In this document: piece after piece, positions 48,146 to 56,839 of the stretch
Layout: every line of letters starts with the position of its first letter
How positions within the stretch are numbered: position 1 is the stretch's first letter
Source: Candidatus Kerfeldbacteria bacterium
Lineage (GTDB): Bacteria; Patescibacteriota; Patescibacteriia; SBBC01
Assembly: GCA_043799405.1 (NCBI GenBank)
Contig: JAZDNT010000003.1
Location: forward strand, 399,461-463,460
Direction of reading: 5' to 3'
Length of the DNA stretch: 64,000 nt
The notes under the pieces: generated by a model
The model's input: only the letters and a program-made list of their open reading frames with translations
Database searches by the model: none
What the model was told of the DNA's origin: nothing
Position numbers and translations under genes: made by a program

Positions 48146-49677
48146 ACGTTCTTGTCCTCATCTATCCGTATCTGTTCGCCGTTTTTCCCGTGCTCTTCTT
48201 GTATTTCCACAATGTACAGCGGTACCCCGTACCGTTGAGCGAGGTTATTGTTCCACTCATCATCGTTGTGGTTGGTGTATTCGCTTTGCAGGCAGCAATC
48301 AGACGAGCCATAAAAAATCAAGATAAAACATCATTACTTATTTCTGTTTTTTGCCTGTTATTTTTCTCTTTTGGATCTGTTTCCGAGCTCTTCCATAGTT
48401 ACGATAGGTCATTATCGATCGCTTTTTTGGGACTGCTCTTTTTTTCGTTCTCGTATCTATTGCTGACAACAAAAAATGATCTATCGTATCTCAGCCGGAC
48501 AGCGGCATTCATAGGAATCATACTGGTCGTCCTCCAGCCTGCACTATATACCCTAAACGCGATCGGTGCGTACGGTTACGCTCCACGTAAGCTCAGTATC
48601 ACGGACGAAAACTCCACATCGGCATCAGAAAAACCGAATATTTTCTACATTATACTTGACGGATACGCCCGACAAGACATTCTCAAGAGTCTGTACGATT
48701 ACGACAATGAATTCTTCCTCTCGTCGCTTAAACAACGCGGATTTTTCATCGCAGAAAAGAGCAGGACGAATTACAACCAAACGCTTCAGTCAATCGCCTC
48801 ATCGTTGAACATGCACTATTTGACCGCGCTCGCACGTTCAAGCGACGATCCATATCGACATGAAGCGCCGCTCTATGAGGCGATCAGGAATAACGCCGTC
48901 TTCTCGTTTGTGAAAAAGCTTGGGTATACCACAATAGCCTACGGATCCGGACTCAACGGAACAACGTTCACGACGACAATTACGAATGCGGACATTTCGA
49001 TTGCACCGTCAAACGCGCTTACAGAGTTCCAAAATCTCCTGATCAACACAACGCCAATCCCGACGCTTTTGGAATCCGTCCATCTCGCGACCCAAACCGG
49101 ACTTTTCAGGAACAGGGTATCATATCCGCTTAAACATCTCGCTGACCACGCGGGAGATAGCGGTCCACAATTAATTTTTTCGCACATCATCTGTCCGCAT
49201 CCGCCCTTTGTCTTTGATGAAAACGGCAATCCTGTATACATGGAAAATTTTCCTTGCCTTGCTGACGGCAGCGTATGCGTTATCACTGATAAAGACCGAC
49301 AGATCTACTACACCGGTTACCGACAACAGGTAACGTTCATCAGTAATGCCATCCTTAAAGTCATCGACGATATACTACAGCTATCGTCAACGCCGCCGAT
49401 CATCATTCTACAATCCGATCATGGTCCCGGCATGCAGTGGATCATGAACGACGTTGGCGCGACCAATCTTCAGGAGCGCGTACCGAATTTTATCGCGCTC
49501 TATCTACCAGGCGAAAGCACAGTACGTCCATACGATACAATAACGCCGGTTAACATCTTCCGTCTTATCTTTAACCGATACTTCGGGACTTCGTACGAAA
49601 TGCTTGATGACCGAAGCTACTTTGCTACAGTTAAGCATCCGTACACTTTTATCGACGTGACCGACAAAATTCGATAA
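48142..49677 (+). CDS. Membrane-anchored alkaline-phosphatase-superfamily enzyme (sulfatase/LTA-synthase/phosphoethanolamine-transferase-like)
   Basis: Five N-terminal TM segments, then NIFYIILDGYARQD (metal/nucleophile region) and IILQSDHGP (SDHG motif). ATGA overlap with the upstream methyltransferase gene. Confidence 0.7.
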   Translation: MNVLVLIYPYLFAVFPVLFLYFHNVQRYPVPLSEVIVPLIIVVVGVFALQAAIRRAIKNQDKTSLLISVFCLLFFSFGSVSELFHSYDRSLSIAFLGLLFFSFSYLLLTTKNDLSYLSRTAAFIGIILVVLQPALYTLNAIGAYGYAPRKLSITDENSTSASEKPNIFYIILDGYARQDILKSLYDYDNEFFLSSLKQRGFFIAEKSRTNYNQTLQSIASSLNMHYLTALARSSDDPYRHEAPLYEAIRNNAVFSFVKKLGYTTIAYGSGLNGTTFTTTITNADISIAPSNALTEFQNLLINTTPIPTLLESVHLATQTGLFRNRVSYPLKHLADHAGDSGPQLIFSHIICPHPPFVFDENGNPVYMENFPCLADGSVCVITDKDRQIYYTGYRQQVTFISNAILKVIDDILQLSSTPPIIILQSDHGPGMQWIMNDVGATNLQERVPNFIALYLPGESTVRPYDTITPVNIFRLIFNRYFGTSYEMLDDRSYFATVKHPYTFIDVTDKIR

Positions 49678-49692
49678 TCGTTAGGACCAATG

Positions 49693-50145
49693 TTAATTGC
49701 GTATATCCCTGTTCCGTAGCGCGACCCCGCTTAGTACAAACAACAACGCGACGTACGTTACGATAAGCCACGGCATGGAAAGCCAGTCCCACCATCCATG
49801 AACCGTGAATCTTGATACAGGCCAGAGCAACGGTGTCAAAAGTTCCCGGTGTCCTGGGATATCGATGAGAATATGCACAGCCCACGGCCACGTCACCATA
49901 TACACGCGGCGAAAGTACAGCATCGCGAACAGTGTCACCGCAGCCCACACGATGAGACTGTGGGATATATCATAGAGCGGTAGGGAGAAGCGGATGCGCC
50001 CTTCTGTTACCAGCCAGAACGTCGTTGCAGGAAGCCAGATGAGGTCGGGTAGAATACCAAATAACACGAGCCACTTCCAGTGATGCGGCGTTTTTTTCGC
50101 GCTGGCTATCACATACGTGACAAGCCCATGTGCAAGGATATCCAT
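49693..50145 (-). CDS. Membrane-bound metal-dependent hydrolase (YdjM/DUF457-like)
   Basis: 150 aa. MDILAHGL N-terminus, conserved His residues (SHS, HILIDIPGH) and 4 TM segments. Confidence 0.55.
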   Translation of the reverse strand: MDILAHGLVTYVIASAKKTPHHWKWLVLFGILPDLIWLPATTFWLVTEGRIRFSLPLYDISHSLIVWAAVTLFAMLYFRRVYMVTWPWAVHILIDIPGHRELLTPLLWPVSRFTVHGWWDWLSMPWLIVTYVALLFVLSGVALRNRDIRN

Positions 50146-50278
50146 ACCGTCGTTACTGCCAGGTCCGGCTCTGCCGGAAACCTCTTAATACGACCTCGCC
50201 TGCCTTCGCCGTAGCGAAGCTCCGGCTTCGCGCAGGCAGGTCATTATCAGCTCCGCCTAGCACCAGAACGGGCATTAT

Positions 50279-50661
50279 TGGAAGACATGTGAGGGATCGA
50301 ACCTCCGACCTCGTCATTACCTGCCCGCCGTACGGAGTTATCTTATCAAACGTCCTTTTGGTGGGCGATCCAGGACTCGAACCTGGGACCTCGTCATTAT
50401 CAGTGACGCGCTCTAACCATCTGAGCTAATCGCCCACCAAAAGGAAACTTGATATAAATTCTATTATTTATCCAGTTGTAACGTTCTGCAAACACTCCGT
50501 ACTCCGGTCACCGCTTTCTGCGGGATCCCGCCAGAGGCGGTGACAGGCGGGTCAGTGACCCCGCACAACTCGCTATCGCTCGTTTGCGGGGCAGGCGCGC
50601 TTCCTTCATCTAACCACCTGCCTGCCCGCCACAGTGGAGCGACGGCGGGAGCTACATGCCC
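50279..50661 (-). pseudogene. tRNA-Ile-like shell whose anticodon loop is interrupted by an insert that contains the intact tRNA-Ile
   Basis: The 5' part is GGGCATG TA GCTC [29-nt hairpin insert] AGGTGGTTA GATG ... GGTCA CTGA | CCCGCC.... The 3' part is ...GGCGGGCAGG | TAA TGACG AGGTC GGAGG TTCGATC CCTCA CATGTCT T CCA. The acceptor pairs 7/7 with two G-T wobbles. CTGATAA is restored when the insert is removed. The D stem is broken. Confidence 0.5.
50359..50435 (-). tRNA. tRNA-Ile (anticodon GAT), CCA encoded
   Basis: The minus strand reads GGGCGAT TA GCTC AGATGGTTA GAGC G CGTCA CTGATAA TGACG AGGTC CCAGG TTCGAGT CCTGG ATCGCCC A CCA. The cloverleaf is canonical. Confidence 0.9.
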
Positions 50662-50821
50662 ACCATCTGCCGACCTTCAATTTTCAAATTACTGCCCAAC
50701 CGACAGCGTGTCTAGGGTAACAAATTGTCCGTCCCAACACAACCCTTCCGGCAACGCGAGCGGCGTACCTTGCGTCGGTTCCTGGATTCTGGTATACTCA
50801 CGCTTTCGTTTTGATGATTGT

Positions 50822-52579
50822 ATGAAACCCGTCACACGAGACACGTTCAAGCTGTACTATCAGCACTCCATGCGGCACCGCGGCGTCATGTTCCTTGTGC
50901 TAGGAGGTGTCATCGGCGGTGTAACAGTCAGCACCGCCATTCCCTACTTCTACAAGGTGTTCTTTGACGTGCTCACAAAAAGCGGTGCTAAAAGCGCTCT
51001 CGGACACGACCTGGTGCACATTATTCTCATTATCCTTGCGCTGAACGGCGTCGGTTGGATGTTCTGGCGTATCGCGACGTTCGCGGTCAACCGCTATCAG
51101 CCGAGAGTCATGGCCGACCTGTACAACTCATCGTTCGAGTACCTCCACGGCCACTCGGTGAGCTTCTTCCTGAACCGCTTCGTCGGATCCATCGTCCGGA
51201 AGGTCGGACGCATGGTGCGCACCTTCGAGAGCATCTCCGATCGCCTGATGTTCAATCTGCTCCCGCTCGCGATCCGTATCCTTATCATCGTCGGCGTCCT
51301 TGCGATCTGGCGTCCGGTGCTCGGCCTCATCCTTGCGGTCTGGACAGCGATCTACCTGACCGCAAGCTACTACTTCGCGTTGTACAAGCTCCAGTTCGAC
51401 GTAAAGGCCGCTGCTATCGATTCCAAGGCGACCGGCTACCTCGCCGACACCATCACGAATAATACGAACGTCAAGCTCTTCACCTCAAAGCTTGCCGAGC
51501 TCGCTGGTTTCATGAAACTGACGGACAAGCAGCGCCGCCTCCATACCTTCTCCTGGGACCTCGCTGCGTACATGGAGGCGTTCCAAGGTGGGTTCATGGC
51601 CATCCTTGAGTTCACGGTGTTCTTCTTCGCCATCCGGCTCTGGCAGGCCGGCACGTTCTCCGTCGGCGATTTCGTCCTTATCCAGACCTACCTCATCCAG
51701 CTCATGTCAAACCTGTGGGAAGTGTCCCGCATCATCCAACGCCTGTACCAGGACCTCGCGGAGGCGGAGGAGATGATCGAGATCCTGAACGAAACGCATG
51801 AGGTCGTCGACAAACCGGGCGCGAAGGAACTCGTCGTCCGGGAAGGCAGGATCGTTTTCGATCGCGTCTCCTTCATGTACAACCAGACGCGCGAGGTCGT
51901 GCACCGCCTCTCGCTAAATGTCGCACCGGGCGAACGGATCGGCATCGTCGGTCCCTCAGGCGCCGGCAAGACGACGATCATCGGGCTCCTGTTCCGGTTC
52001 TTCGACGTTGCCAGCGGACATATTACCATTGACAGCCAGGACATTGCTGACGTGACGCAGGATTCCCTGCGGAGGCAGACCGCGTTCGTGCCGCAGGACC
52101 CGATACTGTTCCACCGGACCATCATGGAAAATATCCGTTACGGCCGGCCAGACGCGACCGACAAAGAGGTCATCGCTGCGGCGCGCGACGCCCACTGCGA
52201 TGAGTTTATTAGCCAATTCCCGGATGGATACTACACCTACGTCGGCGAACGCGGCGTGAAGCTCTCCGGCGGCGAGCGCCAGCGCGTCGCCATTGCGCGG
52301 GCCATTCTCAAAAGCGCCCCTATACTGGTGCTGGACGAAGCGACAAGCAGTTTGGACTCGCACGTCGAAGCGCTGATTCAGGACGCGCTTACAAGGCTCA
52401 TGCAAGGAAAAACAACTATTGTTATTGCCCACCGTCTTTCAACGGTCAACAAGATGGACCGCATCATAGTACTCGACCACGGCCACGTGACCGAAACCGG
52501 AACGCACAAAGAACTCCTCGCGAAAAGCAGCGGATTGTACAAGAAGCTCTGGAAGCTCCAGGCCGGCGGGTTCATCTGA
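50822..52579 (+). CDS. ABC transporter, fused permease/ATPase (MsbA/lipid-exporter-like)
   Basis: Six-TM N-terminal domain. Walker A GPSGAGKTT, signature LSGGERQRVAIARA, Walker B ILVLDEATSSLD and H-loop IAHRLST are seen. The start is at MKPVTRD. The track start at 50540 reads through the tRNA-like region and is rejected. Confidence 0.9.
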   Translation: MKPVTRDTFKLYYQHSMRHRGVMFLVLGGVIGGVTVSTAIPYFYKVFFDVLTKSGAKSALGHDLVHIILIILALNGVGWMFWRIATFAVNRYQPRVMADLYNSSFEYLHGHSVSFFLNRFVGSIVRKVGRMVRTFESISDRLMFNLLPLAIRILIIVGVLAIWRPVLGLILAVWTAIYLTASYYFALYKLQFDVKAAAIDSKATGYLADTITNNTNVKLFTSKLAELAGFMKLTDKQRRLHTFSWDLAAYMEAFQGGFMAILEFTVFFFAIRLWQAGTFSVGDFVLIQTYLIQLMSNLWEVSRIIQRLYQDLAEAEEMIEILNETHEVVDKPGAKELVVREGRIVFDRVSFMYNQTREVVHRLSLNVAPGERIGIVGPSGAGKTTIIGLLFRFFDVASGHITIDSQDIADVTQDSLRRQTAFVPQDPILFHRTIMENIRYGRPDATDKEVIAAARDAHCDEFISQFPDGYYTYVGERGVKLSGGERQRVAIARAILKSAPILVLDEATSSLDSHVEALIQDALTRLMQGKTTIVIAHRLSTVNKMDRIIVLDHGHVTETGTHKELLAKSSGLYKKLWKLQAGGFI

Positions 52580-52584
52580 TAACA

Positions 52585-52616
52585 AAACCACCGTCTCATC
52601 GGCGGTGTTTTTTGAC
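52585..52616 (+). terminator. Intrinsic terminator after the ABC transporter gene
   Basis: AAAACCACCG TCTCATC GGCGGTG TTTTTT is a GC stem followed by a T6 run, 6 nt after the stop. Confidence 0.6.
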
Positions 52617-52631
52617 AATTCGCGCGCTCAG

Positions 52632-53936
52632 CTAAAGGCCCAATACGTCGCATGCATACAGGAAGGTTCCAGCGGTCCATCCTAGCATCGGTGGTAAGCC
52701 ATATTCATTTGCAGTATCGATTCCCCCTGTTATCACATTATATTTTTCCCACAAATTTCCAGTACGAATGAAATTAATCGTCACACAGGATAGGTATTTC
52801 TCCGCCAGTCGCTTCGCAGTATCAGAAAAACCGTACCGCAAACAACCCGCAATGGCCGTAAACTGCAGCGGCGGCCAACCATTCGGCGCATCCCATTGGT
52901 ATGTTTCACCGTCATGACCGGCCCCAGGAACGCATGTGACGATCCCATGCTCAAGTTCAAGCGATAAGATATTTTGATGGATCCTTTCCGCCTGTTGCTT
53001 CGAGGCAAGGCCCAACCAGAGCGGAAATAGCGTTGCGGCGGTCATGATGCTTGAGCGATGTTGTCGTGCAGCATCATAATCATAGAAACATCCTGTTCCG
53101 TCATCCCAACAGTATTGATTCATTAGTTGACTACGTTGCACTGCGGCCATTTCCCATGTGTTGCTCTGGCCGTTCTTTAAGATACGAGACGACTCAGCCA
53201 TATTGTTCTCAAACGCAAACAATAACGAGTTGAGATCGACCGCGTAGAAATCTAAACACCGGCGTTTAAAACGAGGTGTAAAATCCCATCCGGATTCAGC
53301 TTCTGCAGAAGCATGGTACATAAATGCCGATCGTTCCGTACGGGCTTTAGGAATTCGAATGATACGTTTTTCGACATAGTTCCCAAACTCTGCAATTTCA
53401 GCGGTCGACTCGCTGCTTCCGTAATGGTTCAGCCCTCGTGGTCCCTTTCGTTTCGACATCCAAAATAGGTATTCTTTCTCAAGGGTCGCATACGCAGCGC
53501 GGAGCCACACGTCGTCCTTTTTGAATTCATACAACGCCCGAACCATACACGACGCAACCGGTGGTTGCGAACGGGTCATGCCGCCTTTTCCGACAAAGTT
53601 AGGCATGTACCCGAAGGAATCAATCATGAACAGCACATCGTCTACATTGTGCCGTGCCTGCTCATGTTGACCATCCCGTAGCAACCCCTCATTAATGAAA
53701 TACGTGTCCCAATAGAAAAACATATGGAACACCGGGCCTGCGGTCGGGACGCTGAACGGATACGGCAAACGGATTTCAACGACATCATTAGGTGATGATG
53801 TCCTGACTGTATCGTTCCAATGGTCATGTATGAACTTCTTGACGACGAATACCTTGGATGCTACTTCGGGCCTCATGCAATTCACTATACCAAAAAGCGG
53901 CCTATGAGACGATGGGCAATCCGTCTTTGCGCCCAT
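52632..53936 (-). CDS. treA: Trehalase (GH37)
   Basis: YQWDAPNGWPPLQ matches GH37 signature 2 (QWD.P.GW.PLQ). FFYWDTYF, SQPP and GWDFTPRF blocks are also consistent. The start may be the internal Met at 53876. Confidence 0.8.
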   Translation of the reverse strand: MGAKTDCPSSHRPLFGIVNCMRPEVASKVFVVKKFIHDHWNDTVRTSSPNDVVEIRLPYPFSVPTAGPVFHMFFYWDTYFINEGLLRDGQHEQARHNVDDVLFMIDSFGYMPNFVGKGGMTRSQPPVASCMVRALYEFKKDDVWLRAAYATLEKEYLFWMSKRKGPRGLNHYGSSESTAEIAEFGNYVEKRIIRIPKARTERSAFMYHASAEAESGWDFTPRFKRRCLDFYAVDLNSLLFAFENNMAESSRILKNGQSNTWEMAAVQRSQLMNQYCWDDGTGCFYDYDAARQHRSSIMTAATLFPLWLGLASKQQAERIHQNILSLELEHGIVTCVPGAGHDGETYQWDAPNGWPPLQFTAIAGCLRYGFSDTAKRLAEKYLSCVTINFIRTGNLWEKYNVITGGIDTANEYGLPPMLGWTAGTFLYACDVLGL

Positions 53937-54036
53937 GATAAAACCGCCTCATCGACGGTTCTTTATGTTGACGACTGGAATGCGGTTTTGAAATTTCAGT
54001 ATGGTGGCCTCGACCAGCCCACTTACTTCTTCCGCT

Positions 54037-54846
54037 TCAATTACATTCTATTACTCGATTATTCCAAACAGCAGTGTACCAGAAGATATGGTGTTTGATG
54101 GTTACTTGATTGGCTTTTTCCCAATTACATTTTTTTCCTTCTTCGTCCGATAAAAGAAATGTATAATTTTTTCCACCATCATTAATCACGATGTTATATT
54201 GGGTATAAAAGTCCGGAAGCTTGTATTTGTAAATCGCAAGAGAACCGCTCTCCATACTGACTCCCACAATTGTACCCTTTGTTGTTATAGGGATACCTAC
54301 GGTTAACAGGAAGATGGCCGAGTATAACAAAAAGAGGGCGTAGGCAAACGCCGTCGTTATTTTAAATACTACATTCTGGTTTGCTATCCCTAACCAGTAT
54401 ATGTAATTTAGTTTTGACATTCGTTTGGAAAGGGTTTTATCTTTGAACGCAAGGAAACCAAGAGCTACTACAATATAAAAGATATTCCAAAGAGTAAACG
54501 CAGTAAAATAAAAAGCAGATCCTGTGGTTTCGATATTATGAAAATGAAATACCAGATCGTACAAGTAAAAAAGTGAAATAATAAAAAAGGAAAAGCCAAT
54601 TATGTGCCTAGCGGAAAAATTTTTTAGAGACCTGATGATAATGTTTCTAGAGTTTTTGAAAAATGCATTGATTATGGAATAAACGGCTATGATTATCAGA
54701 ATGAGTACAGTGTACGGCGCTACAGCTTTAAGGTATTCTGGTTTGGCTTGGTGCAAATTATAAATAGTGTACACGTCCAGAATGGCGAAAAGGGCCAGAA
54801 AACATATTAAAATTTTGGCTCCGGATGATAAAAATTTCATTTTCAT
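54037..54846 (-). CDS. AT-rich polytopic membrane protein with a small C-terminal soluble domain
   Basis: 269 aa with about 7 TM segments. A sampled 60-nt row (54421-54480) counted 21 G+C. Confidence 0.6.
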   Translation of the reverse strand: MKMKFLSSGAKILICFLALFAILDVYTIYNLHQAKPEYLKAVAPYTVLILIIIAVYSIINAFFKNSRNIIIRSLKNFSARHIIGFSFFIISLFYLYDLVFHFHNIETTGSAFYFTAFTLWNIFYIVVALGFLAFKDKTLSKRMSKLNYIYWLGIANQNVVFKITTAFAYALFLLYSAIFLLTVGIPITTKGTIVGVSMESGSLAIYKYKLPDFYTQYNIVINDGGKNYTFLLSDEEGKKCNWEKANQVTIKHHIFWYTAVWNNRVIECN

Positions 54847-54970
54847 GTTATTAAGTCCTCAATTGAAGCGCCAAGAGTTTTAACGATAATTGCCATAGTT
54901 TGATATATACGCCACGTACGACGCAACATGCTAATGGTAGCAATAAAATTGGGATCCATCCAGTAACAAA

Positions 54971-55000
54971 GCACCGCCCACAAGGCGGTGTTTTGTTGTT
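54971..55000 (-). terminator. Hairpin terminator downstream of 55015-56550 (bidirectional appearance)
   Basis: GCACCGCC CACAA GGCGGTG is flanked by A-rich sequence on one side and T-rich sequence (TTTTGTTGTT) on the other. Confidence 0.55.
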
Positions 55001-55014
55001 CTGGATGATCAAAG

Positions 55015-56550
55015 TCAACGGATATCCAGGCGCTTCACGGTCACATCAAGTTCCGGCGTCATAGTCGATGCGTAGTACCGTCCTTTTTTCAAATCCATTT
55101 TCTGAAGCAGTACCCGTGTAGTGCTGCGGTATAGGACGTCACTCGCGAACACGACACCCGGTTGATTCGGCATCAATCGCGCCTTTTTCTGGGCCATATG
55201 CATCGCATGACTCGCTGGGAGTACGCCAATATAATACGTCATATCCGGTGTGAAATGAGTACCGGTCAGTATAACCGTACCATTCTGCTTGAGTTGGGCA
55301 TTCTGTAGTTTCGGCGACGTTGCGGAGTGGGTAAAAGAATACACAATCTGGACTTCATTAATGAAGACGTTGCTGACGGAGGGCAGTCCGACGATCCGCC
55401 ATCGCAACCCTTTTGTAGTGTCCCAATCTGACGGAACGGTCGTCTTTTCATCGCGATAAATAGGAAGCCACTGGATGCCGTCCGGCGATATGGCAAATTG
55501 GAGCGACTCCTGCAGCGTCGGGATCCAATCCGTTCCGAGCCGGACCGAGAGGACCATAACCCCTGGCGGCGTGAACGGACGGGATACTGCGACTTTGTTT
55601 CCGTCGCTCATCGTCGTCGTGCCATCAAAGTCCAAATACCCGCCGCGCACCCGGACACCCGAGCTCAGCGTCGTATCGATCCCACCGACATCAAGACCGT
55701 TCTTCTTTGAAAACGTCTCGACATAGCGCGCGGTGCGCACGCGTTGGTTTCGTTCGCGGACCAGCACCTCGTTCTTACCGCTCGACAACACCAGCGGCAT
55801 ACAGGTCATACACACGCGGGTCATCGTCAACGACGAATCGAGTGCCGATACCCGCCCGAGATCGACCGTCTGTCCTTGATCGAGCGTGACCGAAAGCTCG
55901 GGGAACTCGATCCACGTCGACGAAAGCGTATTAAGAAGAAGCGCCTTCACCCGATACGTGCCTTCGGTCAATGACAGTGAAAATGAACCGTCGCTTGCAA
56001 CCATGGCCGTCCGAAAGAAGTTCGGATCTGACACAAGCTCCACCTGAATCCAGATATGGCCGGCGACAAATTCTTTCTTTAACTTTTTTTGCAGCGAATC
56101 CACGGTGCCCTTGACGGTCGAGCGGAGTCCGGCCCGTTCCATGGTGAAATTGACGGTATTCGTCTCGTCGGTCGACCCCTCGGAAAAGGAAAAGAATCGC
56201 TTATCGGGGAACTTCAATGTCGCGCTCCCGGCTGAAACGAAATGCACCTGATCTGGCTCGATGACCGCTTTATACAACCCGGTGTCCGTGCCAACGTCAA
56301 TCTGGTAACGCCCGTTCGCATCCGAGTGTGCATATCCCGCGCTTACGGTCGATTCCTTTCCGTAATCCAGCGGGCTGGTCACCCCGTACACATCGACGCG
56401 CTGATTGACTGCTGGCTGGCCAAGCGGATCGGTCAGTACCCCTGATACAGAATTCGCAGACGCGGTATTCGCATACAAACAACCCATACAAACAATACCG
56501 GCTACAACGACCAGGACTGGTAAATATGTTCGCTTCCTAGATATCCACAT
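55015..56550 (-). CDS. Secreted protein with an N-terminal carboxypeptidase-regulatory-like (Ig-like) domain
   Basis: Signal/anchor (YLPVLVVVAGIVCMGCLYA), then SGVLTDPLGQPAVNQRVDVY...SDANGRYQI, typical of CarboxypepD_reg-like beta sandwiches. The rest is beta-rich. Confidence 0.65.
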   Translation of the reverse strand: MWISRKRTYLPVLVVVAGIVCMGCLYANTASANSVSGVLTDPLGQPAVNQRVDVYGVTSPLDYGKESTVSAGYAHSDANGRYQIDVGTDTGLYKAVIEPDQVHFVSAGSATLKFPDKRFFSFSEGSTDETNTVNFTMERAGLRSTVKGTVDSLQKKLKKEFVAGHIWIQVELVSDPNFFRTAMVASDGSFSLSLTEGTYRVKALLLNTLSSTWIEFPELSVTLDQGQTVDLGRVSALDSSLTMTRVCMTCMPLVLSSGKNEVLVRERNQRVRTARYVETFSKKNGLDVGGIDTTLSSGVRVRGGYLDFDGTTTMSDGNKVAVSRPFTPPGVMVLSVRLGTDWIPTLQESLQFAISPDGIQWLPIYRDEKTTVPSDWDTTKGLRWRIVGLPSVSNVFINEVQIVYSFTHSATSPKLQNAQLKQNGTVILTGTHFTPDMTYYIGVLPASHAMHMAQKKARLMPNQPGVVFASDVLYRSTTRVLLQKMDLKKGRYYASTMTPELDVTVKRLDIR

Positions 56551-56585
56551 ATTGTTTAAAGTTTACACCACTCGCTAACCAATCC

Positions 56586-56612
56586 AAAACCGCCTCGTTG
56601 GCGGTTTTGTTG
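56586..56612 (-). terminator. Hairpin terminator at the end of the 16S transcription unit
   Basis: AACCGCC TCGTT GGCGGTT is flanked by A-runs and T-runs on both strands. It lies between the 16S trailer and the start of the next protein gene. Confidence 0.55.
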
Positions 56613-56839
56613 TTGACCCCGTTAGAGAGCCGCATGAAAAACCATACACGCTCAGCTACCAAAAGAGAGTCACCAAAGGGACTCTCTAACGGGGTTGACA
56701 ATCTGGAATGCGGTAAGGCATGTCCCGTACCTTCGCGTGAGCGATGGTGCGGGAACGCAAGCGATCTGCGTCATGACCCGTCACGGACATTAGCAGAGGA
56801 CGTTTCACGTCCATAAGTCCTTCTCATGGTACGTCGCAT

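Noticed and set aside
50540-50821. 94-codon N-terminal extension of the ABC transporter ORF
   Set aside because: The extension is S/P/G/C-rich, lacks TM or ABC features and overlaps the tRNA-Ile-like shell on the opposite strand. MKPVTRD at 50822 starts the recognisable transporter.
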